A DNA stretch of 61,707 nt, counting the filler. It is 3 parts of 3 records of this genome, joined end to end, with 100 filler letters (N's around TTAATTAATTAA, not from the genome) between each part and the next. Parts side by side here need not be neighbours in the genome. Positions count along the whole stretch, not along the records: positions 1 to 20,425 come from SRR31156797_4966; 2 more parts are not named here. One strand, given 5' to 3'. How positions within the stretch are numbered: the stretch's first letter is position 1; each line of letters opens with the position of its first letter. The position numbers were made by a program, and so were the translations under genes. Positions 1-9,072 of the stretch are shown here, piece after piece. The notes beneath the pieces are model-generated. The model was not told the origin of the DNA, ran no database searches, and saw only the letters and a list, made by a program, of their open reading frames with translations.

Positions 1-187
1 CATAGCGGTGCTATGCCTCGTTTCAGTAAGTTCTTGTTTTATTGCATTTTCAATACTCATTAAGAATCTTTAAAACATAATCCGGGTTTAATTTGGAATC
101 AAAGCGATTCTATAGCTGTTGTCTACAAAAGCTTCTTGTGCGTTAACTACCATTTCTTTTTGACAACAGAAGACTTTTCATATTCAC

Positions 188-227
188 AAAAAAAAGCGTA
201 AAGTATTATTATAACACTTTACGCTTT
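188..227 (-). terminator. Intrinsic terminator of sucA-sucB
   Basis: Inverted repeat AAAGCGTAAAGT/ACTTTACGCTTT with an A-run on its left (U-tract on minus strand), 20 nt past the sucB stop. Confidence 0.75.
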
Positions 228-247
228 CCCAGAAATATTTAATTGAA

Positions 248-1498
248 TTATAAATCCAGTACCAGTTTTTCTAATTCGTCACCTCCTGAAAGCATTAATT
301 CTGGATTTTCAAGCATCTTTTTAAGGGTTACTAAAAACCCTACAGAATCCTTTCCATCAATAATTCGGTGATCATAAGAAAGTGCTGTGTACATTATTGG
401 TCTGATTTCTACCTTTCCGTTCACAGCCATTGGACGCTCCACTATGTTGTGCATTCCCAATATTGCCGATTGTGGCGGATTAATTAAGGGAGTAGATAAC
501 ATAGATCCAAATACACCACCATTCGTTACCGTAAAAGTACCTCCAGTCATTTCATCCAGACTAATTTTACCTTTACGCGCTTTTTCTGCCAACTGCTTTA
601 AACTACTTTCAATATCTGCCAGACTCATCGATTCTGTGTTGCGAATAACAGGAACCATTAACCCTTTAGGCGTTTGAACAGCTACAGATACGTCTACATA
701 ATTTGGTGTTACAATTTCATCCCCGTCAATCATAGAATTAACCATTGGGTGCTTTTGCATTGCTAAAGCAGAGGCTTTGATAAAGAAAGACATAAAACCA
801 AGCTTAACGCCATGCTTTTCTACAAACACACTTTGATACTTTTTACGCATGTTCATAACCTGGCTCATATCAACCTCGTTAAAAGTAGTCAACATAGCCG
901 TTTCCTGTTTTACGGCCACTAAACGCTGACTCAACTTTTTACGCAGAGAACTCATTTTTTGACGGTCAATCTCTCTTTCCTTTGGAGCAGAAGCTAATCC
1001 CTGTGGCACAGAAGCGGAGTCTGCTCCCCCACTTTCTTTAATAGCGTTGATTTCCTTTTTAGAAATACGATGAAGGCCATTTACCACATCTTCAACCGAC
1101 CAGCCTTCTTCTTCCATCAGTTTTTGAGCAACTGGAGTAATTTTAACCTTAGCATATTCTTCTGAAGTAGGTTTCTTTTCAACCGGCTTTTCTGCTGCTT
1201 TAGGCTCTTCTTTTACTTCCTCCTTTTCTTTGGCTGGAGGCGCTGCTTCTTCACTTGATGCAACAGAGGTATCAATTGTACACGCTATTTCACCAACCGC
1301 TACCGTTTGCTCTGCTTCAACCAATATTTTTATTTTACCTGCTTTATCCGCATTTAAGGTTAAAGTGGCTTTATCTGATTCTATTTCTGCTAATTCCTGA
1401 TCCTGATGAACAACATCTCCATCGTTGACTAACCAACTGGCTATTTCAACTTCGGTAATAGATTCGCCTGGAGATGGTACTTTTACTTCTATAATCAT
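248..1498 (-). CDS. sucB: 2-oxoglutarate dehydrogenase E2, dihydrolipoyllysine succinyltransferase
   Basis: Lipoyl domain (EIESDKA), Ala/Pro/Glu/Lys linker, [11 protein letters not shown], catalytic SYDHRIIDG; directly downstream of sucA. Confidence 0.96.
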   Translation of the reverse strand: MIIEVKVPSPGESITEVEIASWLVNDGDVVHQDQELAEIESDKATLTLNADKAGKIKILVEAEQTVAVGEIACTIDTSVASSEEAAPPAKEKEEVKEEPKAAEKPVEKKPTSEEYAKVKITPVAQKLMEEEGWSVEDVVNGLHRISKKEINAIKESGGADSASVPQGLASAPKEREIDRQKMSSLRKKLSQRLVAVKQETAMLTTFNEVDMSQVMNMRKKYQSVFVEKHGVKLGFMSFFIKASALAMQKHPMVNSMIDGDEIVTPNYVDVSVAVQTPKGLMVPVIRNTESMSLADIESSLKQLAEKARKGKISLDEMTGGTFTVTNGGVFGSMLSTPLINPPQSAILGMHNIVERPMAVNGKVEIRPIMYTALSYDHRIIDGKDSVGFLVTLKKMLENPELMLSGGDELEKLVLDL

Positions 1499-1594
1499 TT
1501 CTTACATTTTAGTCGTTCGTATAATTCATTAGGTATAAAATTTCCTCCCCTCACTCAACTCCATGTTTTATACATTAAAAATAGCTTATACCTG

Positions 1595-4417
1595 CTAAAT
1601 TAAAAATCTGGATTTTTCTGCAAAATAAGCGTGCTGCTTCAGTATCTCTTTTCGGTCTTTTCCTTCAACGCATTGTAGTCCGCAATATTTGTTTTGCAAC
1701 TCACAATTACATTTTTTAAATATCTTGTCTATAATTTCTTTCTGACCTACCACATGCAAGCCGTTTAATCCGGTAGCCGGACTTCCACTAGCTAAACGTG
1801 CAACCGGAATCAGGCTAACTCCTTTAAACATACCTCGGATATATTTCCAGGGTCCCATATTCTCGGGTTCTTCCTGAGCCCAAATATGTAGAATCGTGTT
1901 TTTATACTTACTTAAAACAGCCTGCAATTGATCTTTAGGAAATGGATGCATTTGTTCAATACGTACCAAGGCAATATCACGAGCATCCAACTCTTCTTTA
2001 CGCGCTAGTAAATCATAATAAACTTTTCCGGAACAGAACACAACTCTTCTTACTTTATCCACATCTACATTTTCGTCATCTATTACTTCCTGGAATTTAC
2101 CAGTAGCTAATTCATCCATTTTTGAAACACATTTAGGATGACGCAACAAACTTTTAGGTGTAAAAATAACCAAAGGCAGACGAATGTCGCGGTGAATCTG
2201 ACGACGTAAAACATGGAAAATATTAGCAGGTGTGGTACAGTTTACCACCTGCATATTGTTGTTGGCAGCTAAAGACAAAAAGCGTTCGATCCTTGCACTG
2301 GAATGTTCCGGTCCCTGACCTTCGAAACCATGCGGAAGGTAAAGTACCAAACCATTCATCAATCCCCATTTTTCTTCTGCCGAACTTAAGTACTGATCTA
2401 TAATTACCTGAGCTACATTGTAAAAATCACCAAACTGAGCTTCCCAAATGGTTAAACCCTGTGGTGTGGCCAATGCATAACCATAATCAAAACCCATTAC
2501 CCCATACTCCGACAGATGGGAATTATAAACATTAAAACGAGCCTGTTCTTTGGATAAATGTTTTAATGGGAAATACAGCTTCTCGGTATCTTCGATGGTT
2601 AAACCAGCGTGACGATGGGCAAAAGTTCCTCGTACAGCATCCTGTCCGCTCAAACGCACCTGATGGCCTTCTGTTACCAGCGTTGCATAAGCCAATTGCT
2701 CACCCATAGCCCAATCTAAACGATCTTCCTTAACCATTTTTTTTCTATCGTCCATAATCTTATGAACCTTTCTAAAAAATGGCAAACCATCCGGCAAGGC
2801 AGTCAATTTATCACTTAAGTCAAGTAATTTATTTTTATCAACTCCTGTTTCTACTGATTCTACAAAATCTTTAGGTTCAGAGTATCTGAATCCTTCCCAC
2901 TCATCCTCTAAAAATCTTTGAATAACTACTTTATCAATTTTAGAAGAATCATCCAACTTTTTATCTAAATAGGTATTATAACCATTTTGTAAAGCGGTTA
3001 ACTCTTCCTGTTTATATACTTTTTCTTCTAAAAGTCGTTGTCCATAAACATCCCTTGGGTTTGGATGTTTGGCGATCGCTTTATACAAGGTTGGTTGTGT
3101 AAAACGAGGTTCATCACCTTCGTTATGTCCATATTTACGATACGACAACACATCAATAAATACATCGGCATTAAAGGTCTGCCTAAACTCCACAGCTAAT
3201 TCCAATGCATACACAATGGCCTCAGCATCATCTCCATTCACATGAAAAACAGGGCTTCTTGTAACTTTACCTACATCAGTACAATACGTACTGGAACGAG
3301 CATCCAGGTAGTTGGTGGTAAAACCAACTTGATTGTTAATCACAATATGAATGGTACCTCCAGTTTTATATCCTTTCAGCTGGCTCATTTGAATCACTTC
3401 GTAAACCACACCCTGACCGGCAATTGCCGCATCCCCATGAATTAAAACAGGAATAGCCTTGCTATAATCTTCGTGATATTTATTATTGATTTTAGATCGC
3501 GTAATTCCCTCAATAACCGGCCCAACTGCTTCCAGATGCGAAGGGTTTGGAGCCAAATTTACTCTCACCTTGTTTCCATCTTCGGTTATGATGTCATTCT
3601 GATAACCCAGGTGATATTTTACATCTCCCAAAGAAATCCCTTCGGCATAATCATCGGCTACGAATTCCTTAAATATATTCTCATAAGGTTTTTTCAAGAT
3701 ATTGGCCAACACATTTAACCTTCCTCGGTGAGCCATCCCGATCATTACCTCTTTTACTCCCATGGCAGCACCTTTTCTAATCAAAGCATGCAAGCCGGGA
3801 ATCATCACCTCACTACCTTCGAGAGAAAAGCGTTTTTGCCCCACAAATTTTTTATGAATAAAAGATTCAAACCCGGCAGCCACGTTTAACTCATCGTAAA
3901 TAAGCTTTTTCCTTTCCACCGAAAAATTTGGAGTATTCCGAACCGATTCCATCTTGCGCCTTAACCACTTTACTACCTCCGGATGGCGGATATATAAATA
4001 TTCCACCGCTACAGATTCGCAATAAGTTTGCTGCAAGTGACCAATGATATCTTTGAGTTTTGCCTTTCCTAAGCCTAATTTATGACCTGCTTCAAATTCC
4101 GTCTCCAGATCGGCTTTCTCCAAACCAAAATTTTCAATATCTAAAGTAGGAAAATACTCTCGGCGATTACGAACCGGGTTAGTTTTGGTAAATAAGTGTC
4201 CCCTTTGGCGATAACTATGAATCAGGTTCACTACATTAAACTCCTTACCTACCACACCTCCGGAAGATGGGGCGTCATAATTTTTTCGGGCAAATTCAAA
4301 TCCTTTAAAAAAATGTCTGAAGCTTTCATCAACAGACTCCGGATCTTCTAAATAGTTCTGGTATAGCTCTTCTATTGCTTCAATTTCGCTATTCCCAACA
4401 AATGAAAATTCTTCCAT
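1595..4417 (-). CDS. sucA: 2-oxoglutarate dehydrogenase E1
   Basis: KRFSLEG, GMAHRGRLN, GDVKYHLG, TPP motif HGDAAIAGQG, WEAQFGDF, GQGPEHSSAR. Confidence 0.97.
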   Translation of the reverse strand: MEEFSFVGNSEIEAIEELYQNYLEDPESVDESFRHFFKGFEFARKNYDAPSSGGVVGKEFNVVNLIHSYRQRGHLFTKTNPVRNRREYFPTLDIENFGLEKADLETEFEAGHKLGLGKAKLKDIIGHLQQTYCESVAVEYLYIRHPEVVKWLRRKMESVRNTPNFSVERKKLIYDELNVAAGFESFIHKKFVGQKRFSLEGSEVMIPGLHALIRKGAAMGVKEVMIGMAHRGRLNVLANILKKPYENIFKEFVADDYAEGISLGDVKYHLGYQNDIITEDGNKVRVNLAPNPSHLEAVGPVIEGITRSKINNKYHEDYSKAIPVLIHGDAAIAGQGVVYEVIQMSQLKGYKTGGTIHIVINNQVGFTTNYLDARSSTYCTDVGKVTRSPVFHVNGDDAEAIVYALELAVEFRQTFNADVFIDVLSYRKYGHNEGDEPRFTQPTLYKAIAKHPNPRDVYGQRLLEEKVYKQEELTALQNGYNTYLDKKLDDSSKIDKVVIQRFLEDEWEGFRYSEPKDFVESVETGVDKNKLLDLSDKLTALPDGLPFFRKVHKIMDDRKKMVKEDRLDWAMGEQLAYATLVTEGHQVRLSGQDAVRGTFAHRHAGLTIEDTEKLYFPLKHLSKEQARFNVYNSHLSEYGVMGFDYGYALATPQGLTIWEAQFGDFYNVAQVIIDQYLSSAEEKWGLMNGLVLYLPHGFEGQGPEHSSARIERFLSLAANNNMQVVNCTTPANIFHVLRRQIHRDIRLPLVIFTPKSLLRHPKCVSKMDELATGKFQEVIDDENVDVDKVRRVVFCSGKVYYDLLARKEELDARDIALVRIEQMHPFPKDQLQAVLSKYKNTILHIWAQEEPENMGPWKYIRGMFKGVSLIPVARLASGSPATGLNGLHVVGQKEIIDKIFKKCNCELQNKYCGLQCVEGKDRKEILKQHAYFAEKSRFLI

Positions 4418-4598
4418 AGATTAGTTCCTTATCGATACTTTTTTTCTGTAGATTTTCTTTTTATAGTTGACATGCAAGATATGTATTAAAAAATATGAAC
4501 TCTTTGATATGCATCATAAATTCTACAATTTATAATACTTTAATGCACAATTCGTATTTATTTTTATTTTTTTGCAGTCTCCTAAATATAACATTTAC

Positions 4599-7490
4599 AT
4601 GACCAACTTCTTAAAACATCTGGCCGAATATTATTTTAATAAATATCAAACCAATATATCTGACTTTTGTTTTGTTTTTCCGGGTAGAAGAGCAGGACTT
4701 TTTTTTCAGCAACACTTGAGCAAATTGTTAAAAAAGCCCTTATGGTCGCCTACAACCCTTACAATTAATGAGTTTATTCAGGAGTTCTCGATTCATCCCA
4801 TTGCAGATAAAATCACTTTAGTTTTTGAATTATACCAGGTTTACGAGGAGATTTACAAAACAGGAAATACATTTGATGAGTTTTTACCCTGGGGTGAAAT
4901 CATACTGAACGACATTGATGACATAGATAAATACTATGCCAATCCTAAACAGGTTTTCTCGAACCTTTTATCGATTAAAGAAATTGAAGATGATTACAGC
5001 TTTTTAAATGAAGAGCAAATTGAAACCATACAAAGTTTCTGGCATTCTTTCAATCCCAATAAACTTTCAGAACATCAGGAGGAATTCATTCGAATTTGGG
5101 AACGACTATATGAGGTTTACCAATTATTTAATCAGCGCTTGCAGGATAAAAACATGACATACGAAGGTGCTGTTTATCGTTCTATTGCTGAAAAAATTCA
5201 CACCAAGGAACCTCTGGACATTAAATATCCGAAAATCATTTTTGTAGGTTTTAATGCCTTAAATAAATGCGAAAAAGATCTATTTCATCATTTAATGATT
5301 GGCAACAAAGCTGAGTTTATCTGGGATTATACGCCGTGGCTAATTCCGGAAGACCGTTTAAATAAAAATCCATTTGAACGGATAAAAGAAAACGAAGCCG
5401 TACGTTTTATGCTGGATAACCTGGATCATTACCCTTCGCCACGCGACTGGCATTACCCGGCCAATAAAGAATTACCCCATATTACCATTACGTCGGTTGC
5501 GTCAGATACAGCTCAAACGCAAGTGGTACATCAATACTTAAGCGATTTACCCAAAGAAAATACAAAACCAGGTCTTGATTCGGCTTTAAAAACGGCGGTG
5601 GTATTAACCGACGAAAATATGCTTTTACCGGTGTTACATAGTATTCCGGAAAATTATGATAAGGTAAATATTACCATGGGTTACCCTATTAAAAATACAC
5701 CTGCTTATGGTTTATTGGAATTGATATTCGACTTGCAGAAACATGGCCGTCAGACTAAGGCCGGAAAAACATGGTATTACTTCAGAAATGTAATCCCTAT
5801 TCTCACGCATCAGTATATCGAACCCTTAAATACCGAGCTTCACAAGGAACTGGCGCATAGCATTACCAAAGAAAACAAAACCTATATCGAAGGTCATGAA
5901 TTACAAAAAAGCGAGCTACTAAGCGCCATCTTTAAAATAGTAGATAAGAGCGAAAACTTTTCAAAATACCTGATTCATCTGCTGCAACAGGTTTATACAG
6001 GACTGCAGAACAGCGATAGCACACAAAGCATTGAAAAGGAATTTATTTACCAGCTACATCTTACCATAACCCAATTGGCCGGATTAATTTCTAAACTTAA
6101 AGTTGAAATTACACCGGACACCTGGATGAAACTGTTTAAACGTGCCGTTGACCTCAAAAGCATTCCTTTTAGAGGAGAACCGCTTAAAGGTCTTCAGGTA
6201 ATGGGAATATTAGAAACTCGTGCGCTTGACTTTGAAAACCTGATTGTTCTAAATATGAATGAAGGCGTATTTCCTCAAACCGGAGCTACCAATTCCTTAA
6301 TTCCATACAATCTGCGTAAAGCTTTTAACTTGCCAACCATTGAACATCAGGATGCTATTTTTGCTTACTATTTTTATCGATTAATTCATCGTGCGAAAAA
6401 GGTTCAATTGCTTTATAATTCTTCGGCACAAGGGATGCAAACCGGCGAAATGAGCCGATTCCTTTTTCAGTTAAAATATGAATATCCCAAAGACAAATTA
6501 AGCTTTTCAACGGCTGTTGAGAATATCAACATTGCTTCTCCTCAAAGTTTTTATGTAGATAAAAATGAGCAGGTCATGAAGGTGCTGGAACAATACCTTG
6601 AAGGAGGAAAGAAAAAGCTCTCGCCTAGCGCACTCAGCACCTATTTTGAATGCCCCATACGCTTTTATTATAAATATGTGCTCAAAGCCTACGAGCCGGA
6701 GGAAATAACCGAAGATATTGATCCGCGTATTTTTGGAACACTCTTTCACGAAACGGTTGAAACCATCTATCAACCATTTATCAATAAAGAAGTGTTACCC
6801 GAAGATATTGATCTGATTTTAAAAGATAAAAACAGGATAAGTAAAGCATTGTATAGTAGTTTCAACACCTATTTTAATCATGAATTAACCGAAGAAGATT
6901 TTAAAGATATTCAAGGAAAAAATGTATTGGTATTCGATATTATCCTGAAGTATGTTTACCAATTCTTAAAAGTAGAAAAACAACATGCACCTTTCTTTTT
7001 AACCGGGTTGGAAAAGGAAGTAGATGCCGTTTTACAGGTGGAAGATAAAAACATTCACCTGGGTGGAACCATTGACCGTTTGGATGAAAAAGAAAGAGTG
7101 GTGAGGGTAATTGACTATAAAACAGGTGCCGGAGATGACTTCTTTTCTGATGTGGAAGAATTATTCAGCCAAAAGAAACACAAAAGCAAAAAAGCGATCT
7201 TTCAAACCTTGCTATACAGCTATATTTTAAAAAGTAAAGATTCAAACATTCCTGCATTTCATCCCGGTGTAGTATGGATTAAAAAAATATTTACCTCGCC
7301 TAACTACACGCTAAAAAAAGGGACAGCTACCAATAACGAAACCCTAACCCTGCAAATGGTTGAAGAGGAATATATGGCAGAACTTAAAAAGCACCTGGGC
7401 GATTTATTTAATCCCAACATTCCTTTTTCCCAAACTGAATATGCCGACAGTTGCGAATCGTGCAGTTATAAAGGTGTTTGTGGGAAGTAA
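4599..7490 (+). CDS. AddB/RexB-like protein: inactive helicase-like region plus C-terminal PD-(D/E)XK nuclease
   Basis: FVFPGRRAG start, GLQVMGILETRALDF, LSPSAL..Y.ECP, GTIDRLD..VIDYKTG, terminal CESCSYKGVC; ATG 4599 preferred to TTG 4572. Confidence 0.85.
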   Translation: MTNFLKHLAEYYFNKYQTNISDFCFVFPGRRAGLFFQQHLSKLLKKPLWSPTTLTINEFIQEFSIHPIADKITLVFELYQVYEEIYKTGNTFDEFLPWGEIILNDIDDIDKYYANPKQVFSNLLSIKEIEDDYSFLNEEQIETIQSFWHSFNPNKLSEHQEEFIRIWERLYEVYQLFNQRLQDKNMTYEGAVYRSIAEKIHTKEPLDIKYPKIIFVGFNALNKCEKDLFHHLMIGNKAEFIWDYTPWLIPEDRLNKNPFERIKENEAVRFMLDNLDHYPSPRDWHYPANKELPHITITSVASDTAQTQVVHQYLSDLPKENTKPGLDSALKTAVVLTDENMLLPVLHSIPENYDKVNITMGYPIKNTPAYGLLELIFDLQKHGRQTKAGKTWYYFRNVIPILTHQYIEPLNTELHKELAHSITKENKTYIEGHELQKSELLSAIFKIVDKSENFSKYLIHLLQQVYTGLQNSDSTQSIEKEFIYQLHLTITQLAGLISKLKVEITPDTWMKLFKRAVDLKSIPFRGEPLKGLQVMGILETRALDFENLIVLNMNEGVFPQTGATNSLIPYNLRKAFNLPTIEHQDAIFAYYFYRLIHRAKKVQLLYNSSAQGMQTGEMSRFLFQLKYEYPKDKLSFSTAVENINIASPQSFYVDKNEQVMKVLEQYLEGGKKKLSPSALSTYFECPIRFYYKYVLKAYEPEEITEDIDPRIFGTLFHETVETIYQPFINKEVLPEDIDLILKDKNRISKALYSSFNTYFNHELTEEDFKDIQGKNVLVFDIILKYVYQFLKVEKQHAPFFLTGLEKEVDAVLQVEDKNIHLGGTIDRLDEKERVVRVIDYKTGAGDDFFSDVEELFSQKKHKSKKAIFQTLLYSYILKSKDSNIPAFHPGVVWIKKIFTSPNYTLKKGTATNNETLTLQMVEEEYMAELKKHLGDLFNPNIPFSQTEYADSCESCSYKGVCGK

Positions 7491-7512
7491 CATGAATTTT
7501 GAATACCGTTAA

Positions 7513-7815
7513 TTATTTTGGCAATTTTTCCGGGTTTTGTCTATTATCGAAAAGTGTAATTATTCGAATCTCATCATTTTCTATTCGGTAATAAATAGTA
7601 GTTTGTTTGGACAGTACAGATTTTCTTATGCCTCTTGACTTTTCACTTATGGCAAATAAATGAGGGTTATTTCTAATCAGCTTCAATTGCTTATCGAGTA
7701 ATCTCGCAAACTTTTTTATTTCTCGTTTAGTCCATCTTTTTTCAAGATATTCGATTATTCCTTTCAGATTGTTTAAAGCCTCATCTGACCATATGAGCTT
7801 ATAAATATTTTCCAT
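7513..7815 (-). CDS. RelE/ParE-family type II toxin
   Basis: YKLIWSDEALNNL..IIEYL and IYYRIENDEIRIITLFDNRQNP; ATG 7815 overlaps the antitoxin 3' end. Confidence 0.85.
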   Translation of the reverse strand: MENIYKLIWSDEALNNLKGIIEYLEKRWTKREIKKFARLLDKQLKLIRNNPHLFAISEKSRGIRKSVLSKQTTIYYRIENDEIRIITLFDNRQNPEKLPK

Positions 7816-8032
7816 AGATATTTTGCGCAGCCTCGTGAGAATGTACCCTACCTTCTTCAAAATCTTTCAAACCTCTTTCAATAGATTCTATTTCTTCCTT
7901 TTTTAGCGTATCCCACCAATCCTTCGATTTAGAATAATCATCTTTTATTTTGCTTAGTCTTTCAATAATAGAAGAATCATTTAATTTCGAGATCCACTCT
8001 ATTAAATCCAATTTTTCTGTTTGAATACTCAT
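7799..8032 (-). CDS. Putative antitoxin (addiction module component)
   Basis: 77 aa, directly upstream of and overlapping the toxin; DWWDTL..EE..SIERGLKDFEEGRV pattern. Confidence 0.75.
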   Translation of the reverse strand: MSIQTEKLDLIEWISKLNDSSIIERLSKIKDDYSKSKDWWDTLKKEEIESIERGLKDFEEGRVHSHEAAQNIYGKYL

Positions 8033-8048
8033 AATTAAACTTTTTGAC

Positions 8049-8062
8049 TTTGTACAAAATTA
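8049..8062 (-). promoter_or_regulatory. Bacteroidota-type -7 promoter element (TAATTTTG) overlapping palindrome TTTGTACAAA
   Basis: TAnnTTTG on minus strand at 8055-8062, 22 nt upstream of the antitoxin ATG; perfect 10-bp palindrome at 8049-8058. Confidence 0.45.
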
Positions 8063-8122
8063 ATCAATATCAAATTAATTAACTATAGTCCATTTGTCGT
8101 ATTTAAGAAACCTGCTAATCTT

Positions 8123-8146
8123 GCTCAGCGAAGCGTCCCGCTTCGT
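8123..8146 (+). repeat. REP-like palindromic element, variant copy
   Basis: GCTCAGCGAAGCG-TCC-CGCTTCGT; its reverse complement matches 8231-8254 at 18/24 positions with compensatory stem changes. Confidence 0.7.
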
Positions 8147-8230
8147 TGCTGGAACTATGGCCTCTGGCCTAAATTGATAAATAGTTATACTTTTCTCTAT
8201 CATTATACTTAATGTGGCAAGATTTATCCG

Positions 8231-8254
8231 ACATAGCGAGACGCTATGCCGAGC
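8231..8254 (-). repeat. REP-like palindromic element
   Basis: ACATAGCGAGACGCTATGCCGAGC on plus strand (stem CATAGCG/CGCTATG); identical to 8974-8997. Confidence 0.8.
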
Positions 8255-8294
8255 TTAGAGTCTAAGATCAAAACCAATTCTCTTTATTGGCAAG

Positions 8295-8927
8295 CTATTT
8301 TATTATTTGTTGAATAAATGGTTTTAACCCGGCAAAAAAGAATTCCACGGCAATCACCATCACTATGAGTCCCATCAATCTCATCATAACATTGATTCCC
8401 GTTTGACCTAAAAACTTAATAATCCTTGACGAACTGTACAAAATAAGGAAAGTCAAAATCATCACTAAGCCAACAGATAGTATTAAAGCTACTTTCTTTC
8501 CAAATGAAGTAGCATCTTCCATCATAATGATAGCATTGGTTAGTGCACCTGGACCGCAAATCATAGGAATGGCTAATGGTGTTACAGAAATATCATTGAC
8601 ATAGGTCTTAATTTCCGTGTCTTTTATCTTTACTTTTCCCAACCTAGCCTGTAACATATCCATTCCCATTATAAAGAAAATAACGCCACCAACTACACGA
8701 AAACTATGCACTGAGATTCCAAAAAAATTAAATAATAACTGTCCCAGGAATGCAAATAGGATAATGGTAATTAACGAAACAATAGATGCTTTTTTTGCGG
8801 TCTTCGTTCTGTCTTGCTGATCCAGATCAGCAGTCATTGTCATAAATATGGGCATGGTTCCCAATGGATTGATCAATGTAAAAAACGACGTAAATGACAG
8901 AAGTCCAAATGTTAATATTTCATCCAT
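8295..8927 (-). CDS. MarC family inner-membrane protein
   Basis: INPLG, FRVVGG, VTPLAIPMICGPGA, RLMGLI; about 6 hydrophobic segments. Confidence 0.92.
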   Translation of the reverse strand: MDEILTFGLLSFTSFFTLINPLGTMPIFMTMTADLDQQDRTKTAKKASIVSLITIILFAFLGQLLFNFFGISVHSFRVVGGVIFFIMGMDMLQARLGKVKIKDTEIKTYVNDISVTPLAIPMICGPGALTNAIIMMEDATSFGKKVALILSVGLVMILTFLILYSSSRIIKFLGQTGINVMMRLMGLIVMVIAVEFFFAGLKPFIQQIIK

Positions 8928-8973
8928 ATTTAGTTATTATTACTTGATACGGCAAGATGCCGAGGTTTAATCA

Positions 8974-8997
8974 ACATAGCGAGACGCTATGCCGAGC
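8974..8997 (-). repeat. REP-like palindromic element
   Basis: Identical 24-mer to 8231-8254 in the same orientation. Confidence 0.8.
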
Positions 8998-9072
8998 CTA
9001 TGTTCTATAACTTATTTCCTTTTTTATTACCAAACAAAGGTTTCTCAAATTTTTCTGGAAATATAAGCTTGG

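Noticed and set aside
6600-7490. Cas4 call for the PD-(D/E)XK domain with four Cys
   Set aside because: It is the C-terminus of a ~960-aa AddB-like protein with no CRISPR context
8123-8997. Repeats as a CRISPR array or integron attC sites
   Set aside because: Only three copies, irregular spacing, mixed orientation, no cas or intI gene, no RYYYAAC/GTTRRRY ends
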